Of a DNA stretch of 64,000 bases, positions 17,500-26,191 are shown piece by piece. The DNA comes from Candidatus Tenebribacter davisii (lineage in GTDB: Bacteria; Cloacimonadota; Cloacimonadia; Cloacimonadales; TCS61). Positions within the stretch are counted from its first letter, which is position 1. Every line of letters starts with the position of its first letter. Location: contig JAVCCH010000130.1 of assembly GCA_030765535.1 (NCBI GenBank), positions 12,391-76,390 on the forward strand. The letters are read 5' to 3'. The position numbers and the translations under genes are program-made. A model generated the notes under the pieces. It worked only from the letters and a program-made list of their open reading frames with translations, made no database searches and was not told the DNA's origin.

Positions 17500-20400
17500 A
17501 TGAAAAAAATACTTATTGCACTGTTTATTATATTAACTATCAGCCTGAATTCCAGTATAATTGAAAAAGCATATCACTTTGGAAACTACAATATATCTGA
17601 CATTGATGGCTATCAGATAATTGATTTTGAAAACACAATGCAAGAAGCCAGAACAGGAGAACCAGTTCTTCCATATATTGCCATATCACTTCTTCTGCCG
17701 CAGGGAGAAATTGCAGAATCAATTGATATTATTGGAATGAATGAGACACCAATTAATGGACAGTATAATTTATATCCAAAACAACAAGTAAAACCCATTT
17801 CTAAACCCGGTAAGAAAGAATTTGTAAAAGACGATAATATATATAATTCTTCAGAGGTCTACCCAAATAAACAAAATGGCGAAATAATAACACAGTTTTT
17901 AAGTGGTTACTCCATTGCATTATCAACTGTAACACCTGTTAAATATATTCCTGCTGATGGTATGATCTCTTATTACAAACAAATAAAAGTAGTTATTCAT
18001 ACAAAATCTGACAATAAAGCTCAAAATGCTTTGAATAATTTACACTCTAGTTCTGACGTTCTGCAAAGAGTAGATCATTATACCCAAAATCCAGAAATGA
18101 TTAATAGCTATCCGGTTGTAAGATCTCGTGAAGGTGAATACGAAATCCTAATTATTACTCCTAGCCAATTTGTATCTGAATTTGATGAAATGCGTGAAGT
18201 TTATCTTCAACAGGGAATGATCTCAGAAGTCATCACAGTTGAAGAAATTTATTCATCCATGACAGGACAGGATCAACCGGAAAAGATCAGAAATTATATA
18301 ATTCAAGAATATCAAGATAACGAAATAGAACATGTATTACTTGCCGGTGATGTTGAACATGTACCATATAGAGGTCTATATTGCACTGTGGATTCAGGAG
18401 GCGGTTATGAAGATAACGACATTCCTTCCGACCTTTACTATTCAGCTCTGGATGGAACCTGGAATGATGACGGAGATAACAATTGGGGAGAGATTGGTGA
18501 AGAAGATCTTATCCCGGAGGTTTCCGTTGCCAGATTCTCTTTCAGCAATTTATCCGATCTTGCAAATATGTTAAATAAGACAATTATGTATCAAACTCAA
18601 CCGGTGCTGGGTGAATTAAGAGATCCGCTTTTGGCAGGAGAAAATTTATATGATGATCCACTTACATGGGGAGCAGATTATCTGGATATGATCATCGGTT
18701 ATCATGATGACAATGGATATGAGACTACTGGTATACCTGAAGAACATAACATTACAACTTTCTATGATAGAGATCTGGGAAGCTGGTCTGCATCAGAATT
18801 GATGGGTCAGATAAATGATGGTCATTCTTTTATTCATCATGTAGGACATGCAAATGCGGAATATGCAATGAGAATGTCAAATTCCGATATTACAAATGCA
18901 AATTTCAGCCTTATAAATGGAGTTGATCATAATTATACATTTGTCTACACTCATGGTTGTATTTGCGGTTCTTTCGATCATAATGACTGTATAGGTGAAA
19001 GAATGGTAAATATTGAGAATTTCCTTGTAGCCTTTATTGGAAACTCTCGCTATGGCTGGTTTAATGAAGGGCAAACAGAAGGTCCCTCAGCTCATTTACA
19101 TCGTGAATTTACCGATGCTCTTTACACAGATAAACATCATCGTCTAGGTCGTGCACATATGGAATCTAAAACTGCAACAGTTCCATGGTTAACAGCTCCG
19201 GGACAATGGGAAGAAGGCGCAATTCGCTGGTGTTTTTATGATTGTAATGTGCTTGGAAGCAGTGCTCTTCCTATCTGGACGGATGAACCACTTGAGCTGG
19301 ATGCTACTTTTTCACCAGTACTTTTATTAGGTTCCTCAGAGTATTCTGTCCAGTTACAAAATAATGGTACTCCAATAGAAAACATACAATGTACTTTAAT
19401 ACAGGATGATCAGTTGATAGGAACTGCAATAACAAACGTGGCAGGTAATGCAACAATCTCGTTTGATCCTGATGCAGTTTCCATTGGAGAGGCACAATTG
19501 TGTTTTAACGGATACAATCGACCTGTAGAAATTCATCCATTGCAGGTTGTTACTTCTGGCTATTATGTTACCGTATCAGACCATTCAATTTATGCAGGAA
19601 ATGATAACATAATTGAATTTGGTGAAAATGCATTATTGAGCTTAACATTAGAAGAAATCAGTAATAGTGGAGATATCCATAATGTTGAAGTTGAAATAAC
19701 ATTAATAGATGACTATATCACAATAAATGATAATATAGAAACTTTCGGAACTATTCCGAGCGGAGGAACAGTTGAACTGATCGATGCCTTTGATTTTGAT
19801 GTTGATAACGATATCCCGGATGAATACTCAGCTGAAATAAATATCATTATAATTTCGGATGAAGGGGATTGGGAATCACAGATAGACATAGTTGGTTATA
19901 ACGCTGAATTGGAAATTCTCAGTGTTGAAGTAATTGATGGTGAAAATGGCGTTCTCGATCCGGGCGAAACTGCTCAGCTTTCCATAAATGTAAACAATTC
20001 TGGTGGAGCAGATTTGTATAACTTAATACCTTCCATTGTTTCTTCAAATCCAAATATTACGATAACAAATATACCTATGATCATTGATTCCGTGAATACT
20101 GATGAAACTGCTAATATAGTTGTATGCTCAGTGGAAGTGGATGACAATATACAATTAGGTGATGAAATTGATTTCAGTGTAGAAATTACTGCTGATAATG
20201 ATTTTATCTTTAATGATGAATTTGCTCTAATCGTTGGAATTTCAATTGAAGATTTTGAGAGCGGAGATTTTACTATGTTTGCCTGGCAACAAGGTGGAGA
20301 CTCAAACTGGGTGATTGATGGTGAAGCATATGAAGGAAATTATTCAGCAAAGACAGGTGTAATTGGTAACAACAGTACCACAAGCCTTTCAGTAGAAATT

Positions 20401-20967
20401 GATGTTGCATTGGATGATGAAATAAGTTTTTGGAAGAAAGTTTCAACAGAAGCAAATTACGATTATTTCAAATTCTTTATTGATGATATTCTACAAGAAG
20501 ATTGGTCTGGCGAAGTTGAATGGAGTGAATCAAGTTATGCTGTAAATTCAGGTCTTCATTCATTCAAATGGGAATATGTTAAAGACGTTGGTGTTACAGG
20601 TGGAGATGATTGTGCCTGGTTGGATTATATAACTTTTCCACCAATAGCAGGTGAAGTTGCAAACGATGGTGAACTTGTACAGAATGTATCAAAACTTATC
20701 GGTAACTATCCAAATCCGTTCAATCCTGTAACAACAATAAGTTTTTCTGTAACACAAACGTACTCGTTTGTGAATATTGATATTTTTAACATCAAAGGAC
20801 AAAAGATAAAGCAATTAGAAATTAGCAATTTGAAATCAGGAATTAACAATATTACCTGGGATGGAAAAAATAATAAAAATCAACCAGTTGCATCAGGAAT
20901 TTATTTCTATCAATTGAATATAGATAAAAAGGTTATTGCTTCCAAGAAGTGCTTGTTGTTGAAATAA
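17500..20967 (+). CDS. Peptidase C25 (gingipain-like cysteine protease) with CARDB/Ig-like repeats, a jelly-roll-like domain and T9SS C-terminal sorting domain
   Basis: Signal peptide plus His/Cys dyad contexts HHVGHANAEY and YTHGCICGSFD about 40 aa apart. The C-terminus is NYPNPFNPVTTISFSV...IFNIKGQKI...ASGIYFYQL...KKCLLLK. Confidence 0.75.
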   Translation: MKKILIALFIILTISLNSSIIEKAYHFGNYNISDIDGYQIIDFENTMQEARTGEPVLPYIAISLLLPQGEIAESIDIIGMNETPINGQYNLYPKQQVKPISKPGKKEFVKDDNIYNSSEVYPNKQNGEIITQFLSGYSIALSTVTPVKYIPADGMISYYKQIKVVIHTKSDNKAQNALNNLHSSSDVLQRVDHYTQNPEMINSYPVVRSREGEYEILIITPSQFVSEFDEMREVYLQQGMISEVITVEEIYSSMTGQDQPEKIRNYIIQEYQDNEIEHVLLAGDVEHVPYRGLYCTVDSGGGYEDNDIPSDLYYSALDGTWNDDGDNNWGEIGEEDLIPEVSVARFSFSNLSDLANMLNKTIMYQTQPVLGELRDPLLAGENLYDDPLTWGADYLDMIIGYHDDNGYETTGIPEEHNITTFYDRDLGSWSASELMGQINDGHSFIHHVGHANAEYAMRMSNSDITNANFSLINGVDHNYTFVYTHGCICGSFDHNDCIGERMVNIENFLVAFIGNSRYGWFNEGQTEGPSAHLHREFTDALYTDKHHRLGRAHMESKTATVPWLTAPGQWEEGAIRWCFYDCNVLGSSALPIWTDEPLELDATFSPVLLLGSSEYSVQLQNNGTPIENIQCTLIQDDQLIGTAITNVAGNATISFDPDAVSIGEAQLCFNGYNRPVEIHPLQVVTSGYYVTVSDHSIYAGNDNIIEFGENALLSLTLEEISNSGDIHNVEVEITLIDDYITINDNIETFGTIPSGGTVELIDAFDFDVDNDIPDEYSAEINIIIISDEGDWESQIDIVGYNAELEILSVEVIDGENGVLDPGETAQLSINVNNSGGADLYNLIPSIVSSNPNITITNIPMIIDSVNTDETANIVVCSVEVDDNIQLGDEIDFSVEITADNDFIFNDEFALIVGISIEDFESGDFTMFAWQQGGDSNWVIDGEAYEGNYSAKTGVIGNNSTTSLSVEIDVALDDEISFWKKVSTEANYDYFKFFIDDILQEDWSGEVEWSESSYAVNSGLHSFKWEYVKDVGVTGGDDCAWLDYITFPPIAGEVANDGELVQNVSKLIGNYPNPFNPVTTISFSVTQTYSFVNIDIFNIKGQKIKQLEISNLKSGINNITWDGKNNKNQPVASGIYFYQLNIDKKVIASKKCLLLK
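20707..20967 (+). repeat. CTD-coding repeat copy 1 (about 90% identical at DNA level to 23814..24080)
   Basis: Hand alignment of the two 3' gene ends. The rest of the two genes is unrelated. Confidence 0.8.
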
Positions 20968-21128
20968 CACGAGAACCTTGACCTTTACTCGTTTCTAAGT
21001 TTTACTTGGGAATGTAATTGAATGTAAAGCTCAGCTTTATAAATAAGAACAATACGTAATTTGATTTCGTAACGAGAAGAAAATTTGTTTCTGAATGTTA
21101 ATCTTTTCACAATACAATGGAGGAAACC

Positions 21129-24080
21129 ATGAAAAAGTTTTTTCTTACTACCCTCCTAATTCTAATTAGCACTTTCACTTTTGCACAAGTCCAATGGCAA
21201 GACAATGGAGTTGCTGTACGCCAAGGTGAAAATATTATTTGGACTCAAACATCTGTAGCTTGTGATGATGGAACTTTTGTATCAGTTTGGACAGATACTC
21301 GTAACGGGATCCGTGGAGTTTATGCTCAAAAAGTTGATGAAAACGGAAACTCATTATGGGTAGAAAATGGGATAGAAATTTACAATCCTGATAGAATTCA
21401 ATCATATCCTATTGCAATTTCATCTAACAATAATTCTGTAATTGTCTGCTGGCAAGATTATGATGTTGAATACAATTATACTTATATTAGAGTTCAGAAA
21501 ATTGATGCAAATGGTAATCTACTTTGGAGTGAAGAAGGATTTCTACTGGAAGAAAGCGGAATGAATGATTGGAATCTACAAATGGTCATACATAACGATG
21601 GCGGGGTATATATTATTTGGCATGAAACACAGAATTCTGATATTAAAGCAATACGATTATTAGCTGATGGTTCTATTGCTGATGGGTGGGGGCAGGGAAT
21701 GGAACTTTTGCCAGCGCTCTACATTTATGAAGCACATTCTGACCAAATGGATGGTATTATCTTATCTTCTGCCTTATTTGATGATATTTACATACAAAGA
21801 GTAGATGAAAACGGAAATAAACTCTGGGGATATAATGGAACACTATTACATAATGGAGATGAATATATAGATGAAATTAATATCTGTTCCTCTATTTGTA
21901 ATGAATTCTATTTTTCCTGGAGAACTGGTGTAGTTGCTGATCTAGATGAAATTATGATGCAGAAAACTGATATAAATGGAAATGCTATTTGGAATTCACC
22001 ATTCATAATATCAGAAAATAACAATATTCGGAGATTGTTTACAGTATGTTCATCAGATTCACAGCCAATTGTAGTTTGGTCTGATGATGAAACTATATTT
22101 TCTCAAAAGATCGACTCAGATGGTAACTTACTATGGGGTGAAAACGGAATTACTGTTTTTGAAACTAATTGTAATGCAATTTGTAGCAATACAATTAAAC
22201 TGAAAGAAGATACTGCTAGTGGATGTATATTGAGTTGGCAGTATTGTGGTTCTCAGGATTATCTTCTCATCCAACGATTAAATTCAGATGGTGATCTTCT
22301 TTTCGGTGAAGATGGATTAATCTTAAATGTAACTTCATACTCTGCACAATTTGCATCTTTAGCAAAAAAAGATCAAAAATATTATTTATGTTGGATGAAT
22401 AATTCAAGCAACCCTGAGATATTAATTCAACAAATTATTGATGAGGATGGAAATATCTATTTGGAAGAAAATGGAGAGGAAATGTATACAGGGCTTTCAG
22501 GTTCGGTTGATGATATACAGCTTCTTTCAAATGATGATAATCCCATTATATTGTGGTCTGAGTGGAGAAGCGATTCAGAACAAATATTTCTCCAAATATT
22601 AGATAGTAATGGATCTAATGTTTTCACAGAAGATGGGATTCCAATAACTACAGATTCTCAGTATGATCAGGAAGATTTGGTTGCTGTTTTTGGTGAAAAT
22701 TCAGAAACAATTGTTGCTGTCTGGACTGAGAACAGAGCAGGATACAAACAAATTTATGCTCAGGGTATAAACACATCAGGAAATTATCTTTGGTCAGACA
22801 CTACCGGTTTGATAGTTGGAGAATCTGCATTTGAGCAAGAAAAACCAATGATCTCTATTATAGATAATTCAGGCACGGAAGAGTATTATATAGGATGGCA
22901 AGATTTTACAGATTTTATGGATCCGCATATCGCAGGTCAAAAAATTGTTGATGGTAATTTGCAATGGGGATCCAACGGTAAGGTTATCGTTGATAGAGAC
23001 TGTAATGATAAACTAACTGATATTGTAGATAACTATTATATTTGGCAAAGCATGGGATATAATAATGAAAATATATTTTGCATAATGGTGGATGAAAATG
23101 GTGATCCTGCACCTGGATGGCCAGAAGATGGACTGGAAATTTGTATTGAAGATGGAAGACAATGGAAAGCACGTGGCCTAATGATTCCTCAAGGATTACT
23201 TATTTTATGGGAAGATTACCGTAATGGTGATGTTGATATTTATGGTCAGATCGTAACTCCTGATGGAAATGTTCTTTGGCAGGGAAATGGTCTGCCTTTG
23301 GTTTCTCAAGGAAACGATCAAATTGAATTCAAATTTATATATGATAATGGACTTTATGTTGTATGGCAGGATTATCGTTCAAGTTATTATTATGAAATTT
23401 ATATTCAAAAATTTGATCAGGCTGGAACTGAGCTTTGGCAGGAAGGAGGTGTTCTTGTTGCAGAAGAATATGACAATGGATTTGAGAATCCTGATTTAGT
23501 AAAAGTTGGAAACAAAATTACTATTGTATGGGAAAATTGGAATGACTATGATGGTAGAAATATTTGCTCCCAACTTGTGAGTGATGATGGAGAATTACTA
23601 TGGCAGCAACAGGGCGTAATGATTTGCGATGAGATCATGGATCAAATAAAACCAATAATTGTATCAAATGGTGCTGATGATGTCTATATAACATGGCAAG
23701 ATGGTAGATCAACAGAATATGGGTCTATATGGGGTATCTACTCACAAAAATTACATTTAGAACCAACTTTTTCTGATGATGAATTAGTAGGACCAATTGA
23801 GATTCTTTCTAACTACCCAAATCCGTTTAATCCTGAAACAACGATCAGTTTTTCTATAATACAAACATCCTCGTTTGTGAATATTAATATTTTTAACATC
23901 AAAGGACAAAAAATAAAGCAATTAGAAATTAGTCCCGAAAGCATTCGGGAAGGAATTAATGAAATTATCTGGGATGGAAAAAATAGTGAAAATCAATCAG
24001 TTGCATCAGGAATTTATTTCTATCAATTGAATATTGATGATAAAGTTATAGCTTCCAAGAAGTGCTTGCTTTTAAAATAA
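21129..24080 (+). CDS. Secreted protein built of about 15-16 tandem 55-60-aa repeats (probable beta-propeller blades) with T9SS C-terminal sorting domain
   Basis: GGAGGA lies 5 nt before ATG 21129, followed by a signal peptide (FTFAQ). The recurring unit is hhhhW.D.R....IYAQKlD.nGN.LW...G. The CTD is as in the C25 gene. Confidence 0.65.
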   Translation: MKKFFLTTLLILISTFTFAQVQWQDNGVAVRQGENIIWTQTSVACDDGTFVSVWTDTRNGIRGVYAQKVDENGNSLWVENGIEIYNPDRIQSYPIAISSNNNSVIVCWQDYDVEYNYTYIRVQKIDANGNLLWSEEGFLLEESGMNDWNLQMVIHNDGGVYIIWHETQNSDIKAIRLLADGSIADGWGQGMELLPALYIYEAHSDQMDGIILSSALFDDIYIQRVDENGNKLWGYNGTLLHNGDEYIDEINICSSICNEFYFSWRTGVVADLDEIMMQKTDINGNAIWNSPFIISENNNIRRLFTVCSSDSQPIVVWSDDETIFSQKIDSDGNLLWGENGITVFETNCNAICSNTIKLKEDTASGCILSWQYCGSQDYLLIQRLNSDGDLLFGEDGLILNVTSYSAQFASLAKKDQKYYLCWMNNSSNPEILIQQIIDEDGNIYLEENGEEMYTGLSGSVDDIQLLSNDDNPIILWSEWRSDSEQIFLQILDSNGSNVFTEDGIPITTDSQYDQEDLVAVFGENSETIVAVWTENRAGYKQIYAQGINTSGNYLWSDTTGLIVGESAFEQEKPMISIIDNSGTEEYYIGWQDFTDFMDPHIAGQKIVDGNLQWGSNGKVIVDRDCNDKLTDIVDNYYIWQSMGYNNENIFCIMVDENGDPAPGWPEDGLEICIEDGRQWKARGLMIPQGLLILWEDYRNGDVDIYGQIVTPDGNVLWQGNGLPLVSQGNDQIEFKFIYDNGLYVVWQDYRSSYYYEIYIQKFDQAGTELWQEGGVLVAEEYDNGFENPDLVKVGNKITIVWENWNDYDGRNICSQLVSDDGELLWQQQGVMICDEIMDQIKPIIVSNGADDVYITWQDGRSTEYGSIWGIYSQKLHLEPTFSDDELVGPIEILSNYPNPFNPETTISFSIIQTSSFVNINIFNIKGQKIKQLEISPESIREGINEIIWDGKNSENQSVASGIYFYQLNIDDKVIASKKCLLLK
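23814..24080 (+). repeat. CTD-coding repeat copy 2
   Basis: See 20707..20967. It differs by a 6-nt longer segment containing the palindrome TCCCGAAAGCATTCGGGA (23933..23950). Confidence 0.8.
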
Positions 24081-24085
24081 AAAAT

Positions 24086-24544
24086 ATGAAAAAAAATAAA
24101 AACTCAAAAAAAATTAAAATCGCCAAATATTTTTTTTTCATTTGCTGCAGTATCATCATAGTATTTTACATAATACTATTTCAAGGAAGAATGCTTGTTT
24201 CTGTTAGTTGGCCAGAAGTTATGGCACAAAGGACATTCTTTCAAAGAGGTTCTAGACTTAACATACTTACAGGCAATGAGACAAATACATATATTGTATC
24301 CTTTATTTACTCATTTAATGATAAGAACTACGATGGTACTTTTATGACGAAATCAAAGTTATTTGATTCAGATATCAAATATTTCGCAGTTAGGGTCAAT
24401 CCGGAAAAACCAGAAGAAGCATTATTTAATGAACCATCATGGATAGTGATTATTATCTTTTTTATTGTAGCAATCTCTTTGTATGGAATTGGTTTTGTCA
24501 ATATCCTTGAAAAAAATAAAGAATATAAAAATTTTCCGTCATAG
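24086..24544 (+). CDS. Small two-TM membrane protein (DUF3592-like)
   Basis: Layout is TM, then a beta-rich middle (SWPEV...IVSFIYSFNDKNYDGTF...VRVNPEKPEEALF), then TM. ATG 24086 lies 5 nt after the previous stop. Confidence 0.5.
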   Translation: MKKNKNSKKIKIAKYFFFICCSIIIVFYIILFQGRMLVSVSWPEVMAQRTFFQRGSRLNILTGNETNTYIVSFIYSFNDKNYDGTFMTKSKLFDSDIKYFAVRVNPEKPEEALFNEPSWIVIIIFFIVAISLYGIGFVNILEKNKEYKNFPS

Positions 24545-24563
24545 AAAATAAGATTGTATATAT

Positions 24564-24614
24564 AGTTTAGATTGTAAGATTCTTGCTTCTAAGAAGTGCT
24601 TATTATTGAAATAA
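24564..24614 (+). pseudogene. Orphan 3' remnant of a T9SS CTD-coding gene
   Basis: The frame opens after TAA at 24549 and has no start codon. It reads ...SLDCKILASKKCLLLK*, and the last 9 residues are identical to both intact CTD tails. By DNA identity, 27/30 nt match the CTD1 tail and 25/30 match the CTD2 tail. Confidence 0.6.
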
Positions 24615-24693
24615 TAAATTGAATTAAACTAATGAGATCAATAAATTTGATCAAATAGAGTAAAGACAATTTCCCTGGAGTTTGTTTTATAAA

Positions 24694-24699
24694 TTGACA
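24694..24699 (+). promoter_or_regulatory. TTGACA box, 51 bp upstream of GTG 24745
   Basis: Member of the recurring TTGAC-box set. Confidence 0.25.
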
Positions 24700-24744
24700 A
24701 AAAATGTGATTTTATGATCTTCCAAACTAAGGAGTTAACTGAAA

Positions 24745-25452
24745 GTGAAATTATTTAAGATAATTGTACTATTTATTATTGTTTATATTCCTTTATATTC
24801 CAATGAATTTGAAGATTATAAGCTTATTGAGACTCAGAAATTGGAAGGTGATAAAGTATTTGATGAAATGGTTCGGAGTATTGGTAATGTAGAAAATTTA
24901 AAAACAATCCGGACAGAAGGTATTGTCAATCAGCCGGTGGAAAATGGAATAATATCAGTTCCTGTTCAGGTAGATGTAGATTTTTCGGGGAAAATTCGGA
25001 TCAAGTACGAAGATAAAGAATTCATCATTGATGAAGATAAAGGCTGGCTTAAATATCCTCAAGGATATTATGAAAATTTAAATGAAAATTATATCAAAAC
25101 GTTGAGTGGAAACTTAACTAGAAATTTGATCTATATAGCTCAGAATAAAAAAGATTATGAAATTAAACTGATGGGTGAAATTACAATTCTAGATAAGGTA
25201 TGCTATAAACTTGAATTGGTAGAAGAAGGCTCTACCACCATATTATTTGTGGATATAAAAGATCTTATGCCTGTTCAAATGATCTACACCTATGATTTTA
25301 TGCAAATTATCAGAACTTATCTGGAATATAAGGTTATCAATGAAATAAACTATCCAATACACATTACTTCAACCGATATCAATGGAAATCTGATTAGTGA
25401 GGTAAAAATTTTAAAAATTGATTTTAATATTGAGATAGAGGGTTTTAAGTAA
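24745..25452 (+). CDS. Secreted hypothetical protein
   Basis: Signal peptide and AAGGAG ribosome-binding site; GTG start. No family recognised. Confidence 0.4.
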   Translation: MKLFKIIVLFIIVYIPLYSNEFEDYKLIETQKLEGDKVFDEMVRSIGNVENLKTIRTEGIVNQPVENGIISVPVQVDVDFSGKIRIKYEDKEFIIDEDKGWLKYPQGYYENLNENYIKTLSGNLTRNLIYIAQNKKDYEIKLMGEITILDKVCYKLELVEEGSTTILFVDIKDLMPVQMIYTYDFMQIIRTYLEYKVINEINYPIHITSTDINGNLISEVKILKIDFNIEIEGFK

Positions 25453-25461
25453 TTTCATAAT

Positions 25462-25496
25462 AAAAAAGCCATCAGATTTTCAGATGGCTTTTTTAT
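25462..25496. terminator. Bidirectional rho-independent terminator between convergent genes
   Basis: AAAAAAGCCATC-agattttca-GATGGCTTTTTT: a 7-bp stem flanked by an A-run and a T-run. Confidence 0.65.
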
Positions 25497-25530
25497 TAAA
25501 TTGAAACTCACAAAACATTTGCTGATTAAT

Positions 25531-26118
25531 TCATTTAAGGTTTATAATATCATCTTTAATTTCCTTTTCTATTTTTTCTATCTCTTCTAGCGATATATCT
25601 AGCTTTGCAGAAATTTCTTTTATTGCTTTCTGTTCAGCTATGTCATAATCAAAATCGGCAAGAGCGATATAAAAACAGAGTCTTATAAGGTAATACCGTT
25701 TTTCGTGATTATTCTTATAGACCATCTTAATTATGCGGATTATTTCATCCAAGTTGATTAAGTTACTTTTGTAATCCTGTAATAATTTATCGTACATATT
25801 TGTGATGATCTCACGTTCGTATTTCCCAAACTTTTCTGCCAGTTCATTATATTCATACGGACGTTGTTCGAGTTGGAAGATCAGGCTTTCAATAATTCTT
25901 TCATGTTCTTCGCCTTTTAATACGCCATCTGCATTGGCAATATGAATGAGAATAGCCATACTACTTGTTACCAGTGAAAATTCATCAAATTCCTTTTTCT
26001 CTTGCTCGTTAACCGGGAGGTAATTTCTGATCTTATTAAATGATGCTAGGAATTGTTCATCTGATCTATCCGAAGAAAATTGAAAAACTTTATTAACTTG
26101 TTTTGACCATCTTGACAT
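25531..26118 (-). CDS. TerB-like (tellurite-resistance TerB/DjlA-N family) protein
   Basis: Two helical units carry the ANADG...E.ERI and ALADFDYDIAEQKAIKEI patterns. Confidence 0.45.
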   Translation of the reverse strand: MSRWSKQVNKVFQFSSDRSDEQFLASFNKIRNYLPVNEQEKKEFDEFSLVTSSMAILIHIANADGVLKGEEHERIIESLIFQLEQRPYEYNELAEKFGKYEREIITNMYDKLLQDYKSNLINLDEIIRIIKMVYKNNHEKRYYLIRLCFYIALADFDYDIAEQKAIKEISAKLDISLEEIEKIEKEIKDDIINLK

Positions 26119-26191
26119 ACTAATCTCCTTATATTTTATTTATACTTACTTCAATAATCAATATAACTTATTTGAACTCAAGGAGCTATAA

